Shown here piece by piece: positions 26,061 through 39,412 of a stretch of 64,000 bases of DNA. Position numbers and translations under genes: made by a program. The stretch covers positions 109,306,001-109,370,000 of the forward strand of contig OZ024741.1 of assembly GCA_964016885.1 (NCBI GenBank). The letters are read 5' to 3'. Position 1 is the first letter of the stretch. Each line of letters opens with the position of its first letter. The notes beneath the pieces were generated by a model. That model saw only the letters and a program-made list of their open reading frames with translations, had not been told where the DNA came from and did not search any database. The stretch comes from Eledone cirrhosa (lineage: Eukaryota).

Positions 26061-26289
26061 CTCAGCTATTCGATATATGAAGATCGATTAAATTACTATC
26101 AGCTTAAAGCTGTGCTGGCAATAGCATAGTCACAGTTTAATAACTGAAATTAGTAAAATGGGTGTGTGGGTTGATGGCTCGATGGGTGAACGGGCAGCTT
26201 GGCGGACGAAAGGACGGATTGACGGGCGGGGCGGACGGGTCGAACGGGGTGGACGAGACGGATAAACGGATTAATGAATAGATATATTT

Positions 26290-27771
26290 CTTTATTAGCC
26301 ACAGGGGCACAAAAGAAGGGGATAAAAATACAAAGGGGGAAGTTTACATACAATAAAAACGTGTCAAATATTATCACAAATGCAATTTAAAAAATTAGTC
26401 GATTTTCCCCAATAGGGGAGACAGTTCATATGGGTAACACATAACCCCGAAAAAATGTGCAACCCTCATCTCCAGGAGTACGAAGAGTTTGTACTCCTTT
26501 CCTCTCCTCCTCCTTTTCCTCAACCTACAGGCTGATATAGAGAGAAGGCCCATTCACTCGGGCCATTCTCGCCACTTTCACCCACCTTTCATAAAACTTG
26601 CTGGGGTACAGCACCTCTCTCTCCATCCTGATTCTTCTTCCAAAGTGGTATTTTAAAAAAAGAATCAGTTGTTAGCCGGAGAGGAAGGTGTCTGACCTCA
26701 GCCCTTTCAACCTTGTCCACCATACAACCTCTTTCGCCATAGCTATCACACAAAGGAAAACCGCCTCTCCTTCGTTTTTGAAGGATGGTGGCGGTTTGAT
26801 CATGACAATGGACTCGGTAGTCAACCGGATTGGTCCCACCCGCGACAATAGTCGTTCTACATAGCCCCACAGGTCAGTGACGCCAGGGCAGTGTATGAAT
26901 GCGTGCGCGACGGTTTCTTCGTCTCGCACGCACCTCGAACAGATCTTTTTTGCAGGGTCCCATCCCAGGCGCCCATGTCTATAGAGCTTGTCTCGAACTG
27001 GTAGAGCTCCTCGGTAGCACTGCCAGGCCAGGGACTTTTGGAAGTTGACATCGGTCCCGGGCGGAAGGTCCTACCGAACAGACTGGCCAGTTCATCTTCC
27101 TCTACGCCTAGAGTTTCACCGAGCGCGTCGTCGCACTTGCTGCGGATCAACCCTCTATAGAATGACGAAGTGGAGTCTCCACTGATCGCCGGGTCCGCCT
27201 GCCAGAGGGCTGTGAGCGCCTGAGCACATTCGATGTGCCAGTCGCCCATTTTCCTCGGTCTTTGCTTGACACAGGACTGCAGCTCGGTCAGCGAGACGAG
27301 TCGTAGGAAGGCTCGCCTCACGAACGGGGCCCACACCGGTTGTCCGGTGAGGAATACGTAGAGATGCCGCAGCCTGAGCGCGTGTTTGTGCATCGTCAAC
27401 CACGGCATCCCCAGCCCTCCGTTAGAAGGGTGTTGGCAGCAGATGGATCTTCTCACCAAAGGAGCCCGCCTCTTCCAAAGGAATTGGAAGAGCGCGCGCT
27501 CCATTTTGGTGAACGTTTTGGCTGGAGAAGGCACGACGGTCAAGCGGTAGTAGATGGCGGACGCTATAAAAGTGTTCGCCACCTCCGCTCGACCTTTCAA
27601 CCTTCTGGGTGAGTGCAAACACCTTGGCCGTCACTTCGTTCCAGTTCTTCTCCACCTGGAGGTCCGGACCAAACCAGACCCCCAGCAGCTTTACCGGTCC
27701 TTCCGTTCAGCGTCCGACGACGCCATCGGAAGGCATCGGTTTGCCTCTCCACGATCCGAGTTGCAAACCGA
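26290..27771 (-). mobile_element. 5'-truncated L1/Tx1-like LINE (C-terminus of ORF2 plus 3' UTR)
   Basis: LKGRAEVANTFIASAIYY..FLWK..GGLGMP; LPVRDKL; C..C..EETVAHAFIHC zinc knuckle; frameshifted; AATAAA near the 3' end; 5' end abuts (GATA)n. Confidence 0.88.
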
Positions 27772-27772
27772 T

Positions 27773-27847
<75 letters not shown>
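27772..27847. repeat. (GATA)n microsatellite
   Basis: Pure GATA run. Confidence 0.97.
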
Positions 27848-28010
27848 TTCTTAGGCAAACTGACAGACAGATAAGACAAATCAACTGACGGAAATTGCGA
27901 ATATGCAAATGAAATTTTTTATTTTTAATCCTTCAATATAATCCTAACCTTTACCTTGGAAAACATATCTCTGCAAATTTCCATGAAGTGAAATAGACGC
28001 CTTTATATTA

Positions 28011-28179
28011 CCGTATTTCCCGGCGCCGAAGACTCTTTGTCCTCGAGGATGCACCTTAATTTTGACAACCAAAAATTTGAAAAGAAAATAATAAACAACC
28101 TTAGGCCTCCAGAATGCATGGTAAATTTTTGAGACTTATTTTAGGAAAAAGGTAGCGTCTTCGCCGCTGGGAAATACGG
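28011..28179. mobile_element. Tc2/Tigger-type MITE
   Basis: ta|ccgtatttcccggcg..gaagac ... gtcttcgccgctgggaaatacgg|ta. Confidence 0.85.
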
Positions 28180-28473
28180 TAATTCGCAGCTCTATAATTT
28201 CGTAATGGAAAATCCAAAATCAACCTGCAGGAGTTGTTTCCCTTGTAGTGCTATTTTGTAGGTTGTATAGAATCACATGGTCATTCGTTGCTTTAAACAA
28301 ACAGTGTTCCGTTTGTTCGATCAACTAGACAGTAGGCTCATAAAAATACCGTGTAGATGGATGAGCAATTTATAGACACGTGTAACCTTAACGTAATTCT
28401 CAAAGAGACTCAGCATGATAGAGTGTATGACAAAACTGGCCATTTGAATTACAGGTACAGTTCACCCGACGTG

Positions 28474-28548
<75 letters not shown>

Positions 28549-28569
28549 CGTGTCGCGAGGCTCGGAAGG

Positions 28570-28930
28570 TATCCAACAACAGGTATTTCTTTTTCCTCAA
28601 GCGTAATGAAAATTCTAGCAAAAACACTGCTCAGGCAACTACAAAATATATCTGAGCGAACACTTCCTGAAACCCAATGTAGACTCTATGTATCTTATAA
28701 CAACAATGACATGATTTTCACGTTGAGGCAGATTAAGGAATCCCAATTTCAATCGTATTCCGCGACTTTTGTAAAGGCATTCAACAATATATGGATATCC
28801 GGACAGATTTGTGAAGATAGGCAGTTACACGATGATATGCCTGATACGGTCTTAACCGTGGTGTAAAGCAAGGCTGTGAACTAGCTGCCACGTTGTTCGT
28901 ATTATACCTGAGAACTACATGTATTAGTTC
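28570..28930 (+). mobile_element. Degenerate RTE-like LINE RT fragment
   Basis: GISFSSSVMKILAK..LPETQC..DMIFTLRQ..KAFN; GVKQGCELAATLF. Confidence 0.75.
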
Positions 28931-29096
28931 TTTTTTAATTTTTGAAGAGAAGCCAATTATTTTCGCATGCGCAATCACACGCGCACATCCATCCATCCAT
29001 CCATCCATCCATCCATACATACATACATCCATACATACATACATACATACATACATACATACATACATACATACATACATACATACATACATACAT

Positions 29097-29785
29097 TGAA
29101 TGATACGCTTTTGCAATCCAAGAACAGGAAATCAACGCGAAATACCTGATTCACAAAAAAGATAGGATGCAGGCAAAACACCTATATGTGATAACAAGTG
29201 CAGATTCTGCAGAATTAACATCGAAGATGTCACCCATGTCATCAGCAGCTGTCCAAAGATGTCATCGCGGTACTATCTACCTATGAGGCATGATGTAGTG
29301 GCCAAAGAACTGTACGATGCAATCCGTAGGAAAGATAGCCCCGATAATAAACACATTAAAAGCTACAGCAATGTGGAAGACATCCATGTACATAATATGA
29401 AAGAGTACTGGTGGAATGTTCTAGTAAAAACCCCAATAAAATGCAGGCATAACAGACCAGATATTATGATATGGGACAGGGAGTAGAAAGCATGCACAGT
29501 AGTGGAAATTAGCTGCCCAGCAGATGCCAATATAATATCAAAGATTAGCGAAAAGGAGAATATTTATGCAGAACTGATGAGAAATCTGCAGATACTCCAC
29601 CCTGATTACACCTTCAGATTTATGCCTGTGATTATTGGGGCACTGGGATATATTAGTGACTGCCTCAATTCAAATCTTGAGAAGCTGAAACAGAAAGAAC
29701 ACAACTAGTTAGGAAATTACAAGTACAATCCATCAATGGAACAGTAAAAGTATGTAAAACATTCCAAAAATGTTGCATCTAATAA
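29097..29785 (+). mobile_element. R4/Dong-like LINE 3' fragment (CCHC plus restriction-like endonuclease)
   Basis: AIQEQEI..CRFC..HVISSC..RHD..HNRPDIMIWD..EISCP..KENIY..IIGALG; begins directly after (CATA)n. Confidence 0.88.
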
Positions 29786-30269
29786 CTGCATATGCACATG
29801 TACAGATACTAAGCATATACATATGCACACATACAACCCAAAACATCCACATCCACACATACAATAACATCCATATCTACACATGCATGCATGCAGACAT
29901 GCAGACATATCTACCTAGTTGATGTTGTGTAAATTCCAATGAGAGAATTTGTAACTATGTTAGAAACATACATGGATGGCATGAAAATGACCTTTTAGCC
30001 CTTCCAAGCACTTTATTTCTGCTTATGCTGCAAGAAATGTGAAAGAAAAATGAAAAGGCCATGTTCACGCAACACAACTTAAAGTCATTTAGATCAAGAG
30101 ATGCCTGTGCATGAAGCATGTTTAAGGAGAAAGGCTTTGCAATGGACCACTTCCATTTTCTCAACAACAATGACAAGAATCCAAAAAGAAAGATCAACAT
30201 CGAGGCGTGGGTTTTACATCAGAGTTTTCCTTCTCCTAGAATCATGTCCTAAAAAAAAATAGGGGTCTT

Positions 30270-31150
30270 TAACTCCTGGTGGTATAACCACGCGCTCGAG
30301 CACCAAACCGAGTATTTCTATCTCCACGCGCATATATCCATCCATTCATACATACATGATGGCTGCAAACTCTGCCAAGAGTATTGCAATCGCTTGTCAG
30401 ATTCAGATGTGTTGACGCTCGGATATGGCTTTTCAAACCTGCTAGACTTGCACTCCTTCGCACACTGACGACAACTATGGATCTCCCTGGCTTGAGGTCC
30501 TGCATAAGATTGCCCGTGTACCCTCACAACACCGTGGAGATCATAGTTCACTGGTTCTCTTTTAACATGGCTGCGACTGTGGCTCCTGAGACCAGATTTG
30601 CTCAAGCAAATTCTTCCACACTCAGGGCACTTCAATTCACCGATCGTTTGGTCTTCTCGTGCTCTATGCGTCTGTCCTCAAAATTATGGACCCCATCATT
30701 CACCATTCCACGCCAAGTTTCTCTTTCAAGAGCTTCTATCTCCCAGTCAGCCATCATCAAACCAGTTTTTTTCAATGAGTCCTTTACACAATCCTTGAAT
30801 CGGAGCCTTGGCTTGTGAGGTGGTCTCTTACCTCACAAAGCTCGCCATACAAGAGTTGCTTTGGGATTCGATCATCCTCCATTCTGCAGAGGTGCCCTGT
30901 CCATCGCAAACGCCGTTGGTGAATGATACTCTCAATGCTCCGACTCACTTCTCTCAAGGACCTCAACATCACTCACAGGCATCTGCCACTTGATACCGAG
31001 CATCCTTCTGAGACACTGCTGGTGAAACCGTTCCAGTCTGTGGATATGCCGTTTGTAGGCAAACCATGTCTCACATGCATACAGCAAAGCTGACAGTACT
31101 GATGCTGCATACACTCTCACCTTGATCCTCATTGTGATTCCTCACCTGCA
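30270..31150 (-). mobile_element. RTE-like LINE 3' fragment with C-terminal C2H2 zinc fingers
   Basis: KVRVYAASVLSALLYACETW..LERFHQQCLRRMLGIKW..RRLRWTGHLCRMEDDRIPKQLLYGEL..CPECGRICLSKSGLRSHSRSH; frameshifted. Confidence 0.88.
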
Positions 31151-31228
31151 CCATACATACATACATACATACATACATACATACATACATACATACATAC
31201 ATACATACATACATACATACATACATAC

Positions 31229-33069
31229 AACCATTGGTAGCTGCTGTTGAACGCCTGACCAAGAACTGGTACACCAATTTGATCCTTAGAGGTGAGAAGG
31301 AGCAGGTTAAGACTGATAAGATACATTACCAGAAGGGCATCTTTCAGGGTGATAGCTTGTCAGTGCTACTCTTCGTTCTCTCACTGAATCCACTATCTTA
31401 CCTACTCAGGAAACAAGGTGGACAAAGAAGTGGGCCCAGAAGTATCTCCCATCTTTTCTTTGTTGATGACCTGAAGTTGTATGGGCCAAATATCAATGAC
31501 ATCAAGAAACAATTGGACTTCATTACACAATTTTCAACCGACATCAAAATGAAATTTGGTGAGTCCAAGTGTGCATATTTGGCAGTAAAACGTGGAAGAG
31601 CTGTGCCCTCCTCTAGAAATCTAGAGATGAACGGCCTGACAATACAACCTCTGCAGTCAGGTGACAACTACAGATATCTTGGACAGGATAAGAATGTCAG
31701 ATATGATGGACCCATAAATAAGGAGAGAACCAGAACTGAATACCTCAGAAGAGTAAAGAAAATATGGTCATCAGAACTGTCAGCATACAACAAATACATT
31801 GCCCACAATACTTATGCTGTGCCAATTCTAACGCCAGCATTTGGCCTACTGAACTGGTCATTGCAAGAACTAAGTGAGATGGATGTTAGAACTCGAAAAC
31901 TTCTCAGTGTTACTGGGAACTTTAACATCAATGGTGATGTGGATAGGCTATACTTCTCACGCAAGGAAGGTGGCCGGGGTCTAAAATCAATATTAACAAC
32001 ATATGAGACCCGGATAGTAACACTGAAGCAACACCTTCAACAGAGGAAAAAGGTTGGCAACCATCTTGCCCAGGTTTATGAGCATGAAAAAAGAAATATC
32101 ATTAGAATAGCGACTGATCTGGAGGAGAGATATGGAATAAAGCCTGATATAAATCTCTCACCCAGAGAAATCGGAAGATCCTATTCAATGTTCAAACAAG
32201 ATAAAAAAATTGACCAATTTACAGAAAAAGTTGTGCATGGATACTTGAGGCGTAAAACACAGACCATAGAGGGGATAAACCACTCAAAAAGCCTGGCATG
32301 GAGTTCCGACAAGTTTATGACATCACACCTTGAGGGATATCTCTATGCAATACAGGAACAAGAACTCCCTACCAAATATCTGCTGCACAAAAGAGGAGGG
32401 CCAGCAGCTGACAATAAATGTAGGCTATGTAAAACAAAGATCGAGGATGTAAGCCACATTGTTGCCAGCTGCGAAAGAATGTCATCTCGCTACTACCTCC
32501 CCATGAGACACGATGGGATAGCTAGAACCATCTGGAACGCACTTCGGAAAACAAAATTAACAACAAACGAGGAAGAATACTGGTGGAACCTGAAAATAAA
32601 AACTGGTGGAACCTGAAAATAAAAACTGCCACCAAATTAAAGCACAACCGGCCTGATATTGTAGTTTGGGACCACACATTGAAAACGTGTTCTGTTGTGG
32701 AGATCAGCTGCCCACTTGATGTAAACGTTGTCAGAAAAATACAGGAGAAGGAGGACATCTACGGACCATTGATGAGGAGTTTACAAATCCAGTATCCAAG
32801 ATACACCTTTAGCTTCATACCCATCATTATTAGTGCTACGGGTTATATACCAACCCGCTTGGACCAAAGTATGACTGAACTTGGATTTGCGGACAAAAAG
32901 CGCAGCTCCCTAATTTATAGTCTACAAATGGCTGCGATAGCTGGCACCTTCAAAATTTGCAAAACATTCTTGCGATTCAAGGGATGACAATTTCTTTTCT
33001 TTTACAACCTTGCTACCAGGAAGGTGGCCGGTCAAAAAAATATACTCGAAATTAAGAGAAAGAGAAAAC
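31229..33069 (+). mobile_element. 5'-truncated R4/Dong-like LINE (RT, CCHC, RLE) inserted in (CATA)n
   Basis: ORFs 31234-32616 and 32583-32987: [61 protein letters not shown]; (CATA)n on both sides. Confidence 0.92.
31234..32987 (+). pseudogene. R4/Dong-like RT-RLE ORF, broken by a 23-bp tandem duplication
   Basis: ctggtggaacctgaaaataaaaa duplicated at ~32580-32625 shifts the frame. Confidence 0.88.
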
Positions 33070-33086
33070 ATACATACATACATACA

Positions 33087-33120
<34 letters not shown>

Positions 33121-33206
33121 CATACATACATACATACATACATACATACATACATACATACATACATACATACATACATACATACATACATACATACATA
33201 CATACA

Positions 33207-35320
33207 TCAACATCAACAACCTTAATGGAAAACCGAAGAAAAACAACAAAGAAAAAAAGAAAAAAAAGTTCTTTAGTTGTAGCTACAGAAAGAACCGAAA
33301 TTATAAATCGCATTTTTCTTGGAGTTACGAACTTAAAACCGATTTATTTAATTGTTATAAAATGGCAAAAACGACCCCTTTGTTAGCTATATGAACAGAA
33401 TAAAGCTATACTGTGACGAAATACATCCAGGACTAAATCACTTCACAACCAAACAATTACGCTAACGTTTGTTTAACGTAAAAATAACATGAACATTATG
33501 CACTGAAAGTCCCCCAGATCGAACGTGCAATCAACAACAGCAGGCGGCCATGTTACTAGCCTTTCTAGCAGCCTGGTTAACCATCAACAAACAACAGCAA
33601 TACATAAACAGTCTCTTGAAACAACCACGCTGATAAGAAATTTGACATCACGTGTATCAACTGATTCTACTTCGACTGTTGGGGAAAACACTGTTAATAA
33701 TAATACGTCTGCTATTAGCCTGGAAAATCAAGAGTATAAACAATTGAAATATACCCCCAGCGAAACTTTCCAAAGAGAAATTAATTCATGTATAAACATT
33801 TCTCTCGCGGAACGATATAAAACAACAATATTAAACAGAAAGAAACCAAATAATGAAATCCTGCATGAAATTGTGGGTGAATATTTACGACGAATTAAAG
33901 CATTTCGGCAAAACTACGTATGCTTAAATGCCCTGGAAACGACAGAGAAACACTATCTTGGTAATAACAGAGATGTTAACAAAAACAAAACACCACAAAA
34001 AAATGCCATCAAATATTACAAAAATAGAAAAGAGATTGCTCACCTACGTAATACTATAGGATATGTGACAATGCTCTCCACGTGCAAACGAAAACAAAAA
34101 AAAAACACATTCCACACCAACAAGTGAAAAATAAAATAGAAACGTTTTATTTTTTTTATTTATTTATTTTTTTTTTAGACAGATGACCAGAACTCTTCAA
34201 TATAAGCTGATCACCCCCAAACAACAATTGAGAACTGTCAGCGAGAAACTCCAATACCAGGAGAGGGTAGATGAAAGAAAAAATAATTAATAAGAGATTC
34301 ATCCGAAACCAAACACCAGTCTATAGAGAAATAAAGTAATAAATGTCACTGAGGGCCGTTCCCAGGAAAACATAGATTCTTTCTGAAGAAAAAATATGGG
34401 GTAAAGAGAAGAAATGCAACCAAGAAGTAGTGTGGCTGAAAGAGATCCAAAAGAACTACTGCCTCCTACACTACAACAAAAACATACAGCATCAATGATG
34501 ATACCCTTCAGACTGTGATAGGAAAACTCCAAGATAAGAAAACACAAAAAAGAGACGTAATTGTTGGCTACTGGTACAAAAAACTGATATTTTATCGGAT
34601 GTATCTTATCAACATCTACCGGCACGCTCTTAAAGGAGATGCACATATACCAGGGTGGTTGACATTAGCACAAACAATGTTGAACCCCCAAAACAAAGAC
34701 ACCCACTTAGCAAAAATCTACCGACCCTTTGCATGCTAGAACCTAATGTATTATATGTATACAGCCTGCTTGAACCTATTTCTCCAAAATCGCTGTGACT
34801 ATAACATCATCACAATCACAGATGAGCAAGCAGCTGGGAAGAAATGTGTTCGGTGGTGTGCTGAACAACTCCTAATTAACAGAACTGCACATAGGATAAA
34901 TGTGGTTACTGTCTTGCTATACTACAAGGAAGCGTTCGATTCTTGGATGATAGAAGTCCTCCGACTTGCTAAGTCCCAGACACTTTTATCGGAGCCATAG
35001 ACAACCTATATTATTCTTGGGCTACTATCCTAAATTTGAATACTGAGAAGGAGGTCCCTATTTTCACTGATAAAATAGAATACCGCAGGGGTATATTTCA
35101 AGATAGTCTCTCTGAGTTACTATTCATTTTGTCATTAAAACCCTAGTCCTTTTTGCTCACTTGAGAACAGGAATACAAAGCTAAACCATAAATTCTTTGG
35201 AGGTTACCTGAAACTCTATGTCAAGAACATAATGTGATGAAGAAAAAACTTGATCTGGTTACGACACTCTCGAAAGCTATAGGAATGGAGGTTGGCCAAG
35301 ATAAATGTTCATATATGTTT
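33207..35320 (+). mobile_element. Older degenerate R4/Dong-like LINE (N-terminal region and start of RT)
   Basis: GYWYKKL..PGWLT..IYRPFAC*N..EQAAGKK..EQLLIN..YKEAFDS..RGIFQDSLS..GQDKC; follows (CATA)n. Confidence 0.8.
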
Positions 35321-35596
35321 CAACATACAATGTATATAGAGAGAAAGAATAAAGAGAGAAACAGTGAGTGAGAAATAGAGAGAGAGAGAGATGTATACTT
35401 GGAGACGACAGTGTATGATTTAGAGGAGTATTTACAGCGATTTAGAGTTACATCACGCTGAGACTGAAGTGTTATGTAGGGGAGTTAACTCTGTAACATT
35501 TTTATAAGAGTTATCTAACACTTGTAAGTAAAACTTCATATATATATATATATGGAATATTGTTGGCTTTTCGCTTCAATGTTTTCTATACCTTTC

Positions 35597-35670
<74 letters not shown>

Positions 35671-35800
35671 GTGAGGTTTTTCTTTACAAACTGAAAAATA
35701 ACCGAGGTGTCCTACACGAGTGAAAGTATAAAGAAAAAAAGATGAAATCGAAAATGCAACTGGAGTCTTATTTTTAAAAATATATATATATTTATTGGTT

Positions 35801-35838
35801 CCTTTACCGGTTTCGCAGTTCTTTTGCTTTTCAAAAGT
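35801..35838 (-). ncRNA. Minimal HHR motif with U3-A8 variant core
   Basis: Minus strand: ctt-TTGAAAA-gca-aaagaac-tgc-GAAA-ccgg-TA-aag; palindromic stem III; inside a TA-flanked insert. Confidence 0.55.
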
Positions 35839-36134
35839 AGAGTTGAGGTGGAGGGTCTGTGGTTTTTCTCACATCATATATATATATATATAATAAAAGT
35901 AACGAAGATCGTTGGTATAAATACAGCGTATAGCTCACTCAATGAATCTGACGAATTGCAGTAATTCAGCTGCAATCAACTGTTCAGAGTGCACACATTT
36001 AGTTTACTTTAGACACGTTGGTTGTATTTAGGTCGGGATAGATGTTACTATCTCATATATATATATAATTGTCAGGTCACCCTCGAGTGCTACTGGTAAC
36101 ATGTAACCCAGTACAACCTGTCTCATTGTCGGGT

Positions 36135-36252
36135 CGCCTTTCATCTTAATGTGGTCGATGAAATAAAGTAGCAATAACGCACTGGTGTCGATTTAATCTG
36201 CCTTCTATTCAACCAAAATTGTTGATCTTGTAGCTAAATTAGAAACCATTAT
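36135..36252 (+). mobile_element. SINE 3' fragment
   Basis: gcctttcatc..gtcgatgaaataaagta..agaaaccatta. Confidence 0.65.
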
Positions 36253-37019
36253 ATAAACCAATAGTGAGTAGCTACCACCATACACGCACGTACACACAGA
36301 AGTGAACATAACCACCGATTCAATCTGGTAGAAATATCAGCCATACAAAATCAAGTCACACACACAAACCTCAAATCGCCAGCAATCACTTAGAACAACA
36401 ACGCATAGCGATCGATTTGACCAGCTAGAAATAACTGCTAGCACGTGGACGGACAGAAACAAATTTTCATTTATTTTTATTGATGTATTTTCACACACTA
36501 TGTTTCGACAGGTGAAACACTAATTGTTTATATATAATCCATGCGGAGCTCTCTCCTCGGGAATTTTCTGTTCATTAATGGAACATTCAGAAAGTTACAG
36601 CTAGGGAGAGCTGAATCAGTATTTCGCTCGTACAGCTCTCGTTCTCGACACCGAAAGGTTACACGGCAAAGTGTATCTCAGTCGGATCTGAACTCAGAAT
36701 GCAGAAACCCGGAAGAAATATTCAACGCTCTACCAACTCTGCCAAATCGGCCACCATCTAATGTAGATAAATGCGGTCATGAATTATCATGGTATTTGCA
36801 CCTGGAAAGTTCCCCTCTTAGGCAAGCCCGGGCAAGTTGTTTTTGTGGAAGACCAACAGTTGGCCATATATAGCAGTCTCCGCTCGCCACACCCATACAG
36901 CACCAGTGTTGTCGCAACACATTTCTCCATCCAAGTGAACAGTAACAACAGGAAATAAAACTTTACAAATCAAAATAATCACCATCATTTGCGACTACCA
37001 ACTGCCATCGATTAGGAAG

Positions 37020-37480
37020 ACACGTGATTCAATCCCTGTAGAATTCTTATGGCTTCGATGAAAAGAATTCCATCAGCCACTGATTTAACTGCGCTTCATT
37101 TGTGAAAGTCTTTGCCAGTTGGTTGTGCGATGGTAGGAGAGCGGAGTAGTCGCAGTTGCCGCCCAACATTCACGATTATGGTCCAGCTTGGACACCTTCC
37201 TTGTTGCGTGCAAGTGATTGAGCAATATTGTTTTCGATGCCCCAAGCAATTCGGAGACTTGACGTGATGTCTGGCGTGGGTCAGTTTCCACCACCACCTC
37301 ATGCGTTCGTCATTGAAGTTGGATGGATATCCTGTGCGAGATTGATCTTCAAGGCCGTAATAAAACTAAAGCGTACGAAAGTGTCCCTGGCACTGCACTC
37401 CAACATGATGCGTGACAAATGCATTGTTAATACGATGACTCCCATGCTGCTGCACTTAATCCAGTTTTGTAATTATAAAA
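37020..37480 (-). mobile_element. Mariner transposase remnant
   Basis: VVETDPRQTSRQVSELLGASKTILLNHLHATRKVSKLD (mariner HTH region) followed by a TNE-like first catalytic motif; degenerate. Confidence 0.7.
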
Positions 37481-38089
37481 TAAACTCACGAATAAACGAG
37501 TTGGATAGATCCATATAACTTCTCCTTTGACGGCGTAACAGACAATGAGAAACGCACGTAGCGCATAACAATGTCACGTCTCCAACATTTCCAGAAAACT
37601 CTACATTTTGAAAAACGGCAGGAAATGTCTGTCCATCCCGTTCACTGGAACGCCCACCGTGCTTTACCGCCAAAAGCAATTGGCAGAAGATCCAGGAGTA
37701 GATCCCCAGCAATATTATTGGATAGCATCAGTTGAGCTCGGTAGGTCTCACTTTGGGTTCCAGCCTTATTAATTGTAGCCAGTTACTTCTGACAGGGCCC
37801 CCTTGATCACTATACACCCACGACCATCTCAGAAATAAGTCAGCGAAGAAACAAATTGAACCTGAAGGTATATTAACAAGGAGCATATCTTACAAGGGAA
37901 ATAACTCTCATTTGTAAGTTTTCTCCCTTCTTGAATTTCACTGTTATTCATGTTCATAAGTACATAAATATTATTGAGTCAGATAGGTCGGAACCTGGCG
38001 TTGGACTTACGATCATAAAGTCGTGTTCGATTACTGAACTATGTTGTGTGTTGTTTCTTGAGGCAAATAATTTTCACATCGCTACAGTA

Positions 38090-38250
38090 TTCTCAGTTGT
38101 AAATGAGTACCAGCAATAACTGGAGGTTTAACCCTGCGATGGATTAGCGTCCTGTCTAGTGGGGAGTATTGTATTCTCAGCCGTTTAACACCACGGAAAC
38201 CAGAATAACCACTTGCCTTGTGAGCCTCCGGTCACGAGACAGACTTTAGG
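38090..38250 (+). mobile_element. V-SINE-like fragment
   Basis: gtaaatgagtaccagc..aaccctgcgatggattagcgtcctgtctag..ggagta..ggaaaccag, resembling the V domain (from recall). Confidence 0.55.
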
Positions 38251-38400
38251 CTTAGACGAGTTGGTGGATTAGCAGAATCGGTAGAGCATCGGAGAAAATG
38301 TATTCCAGCAGTTGTATCTGATTCTAGCAGTTGTGTCAGAATACAACGTCCAGAGCTGTCTTTCTCGCAGATCGAATTAATACTATTTCAAAGCAATAAT

Positions 38401-38574
38401 TGTTTCTATTTTAGGCACAAGGCCAGAGATTACCCAGTACATTACTGGTACTTTATTTTATCGACCCCGTAAGGATGAAAGGCAAAGTTAACCTCGGCGG
38501 GATTTGAACTCAGACCGTAAAGGGACGTAACTATGCTAGAAAGCATGGCGTCTGACCCTCTACCGATACTGCCT
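38401..38574 (-). mobile_element. SINE with TSD
   Basis: Same family; flanked by the direct repeat tcaaagcaataat. Confidence 0.88.
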
Positions 38575-39220
38575 CAAAGCAATAATAATAGAGTAACGGA
38601 AACAAAAATTACATCAAGGGAGCTTACTTAGGTAAAGTTAGATCCCTTTAATATTTAATATATATTTTTTGTACGCAAGTTACGATATATATATACGAGT
38701 ATAGTGAAGGTAGTACGGTAATTCTATACATCGTACAATTATTTCTTCTTAACCACAATCCCCCTTTTTTTTTATTCTTTGATAAAAAATATGAAATGTT
38801 TTTACCGACACGATAAAGTACCACCGGGTCGTCCATTGATGGCACACCACACAAACCCCTGCTTCCTGTTTACACCAAAGCAAGTCCTTCACTGACCAAT
38901 AAACATTCCAAAATGCACCCACCAACGCACACACACACAAGCACCCTGCTTCTTGTTTACACCAAAACAAGTCTTTGACTGACCAATACACATTCCAAAA
39001 CGCGTCCATCCGCACTCACACACACACACACGAATCCTTAATTGCTCGCGCGCCCACGCAAATACGCACATGAATACCGGTGAACATACACCGCAATGCC
39101 GCCCCACAAATTACACCAGGATATACACATACGCCCATGCACACAAAAATAAGGCCAATGCCTATATATATACACACATTCTCTGTCCACAGACCACAAT
39201 ATATCTTTTGTCGCATCACC

Positions 39221-39310
39221 AATCTGAGGAGCAGATCGATACTGGAGTCAGGTCCATAACTCCTATGGGTCACCTTGAGCCAATCCTCTGCGAAACGTAA
39301 CAGGTCGATA
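39221..39310 (+). ncRNA. HHR-like motif with expanded stem II
   Basis: CTGAGGA-gcaga...(51 nt)...tctgc-GAAA-c..g-TC; stem I weak; paralogue at 47558-47630 with core CCGACGA. Confidence 0.5.
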
Positions 39311-39359
39311 CGCAATAAATATCTTTCATATGTATACGAAACTTCCTCGTTTTTTCTAT

Positions 39360-39410
<51 letters not shown>

Positions 39411-39412
<2 letters not shown>

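Noticed and set aside
35944-35990. CTGACGA followed by a 7-bp hairpin (attgcag/ctgcaat)
   Set aside because: The GAAA core is absent (CAAC) and stem I is unclear; at best a dead HHR.
38849-39010. ~80-bp tandem duplication
   Set aside because: Simple local duplication with no further structure evident.
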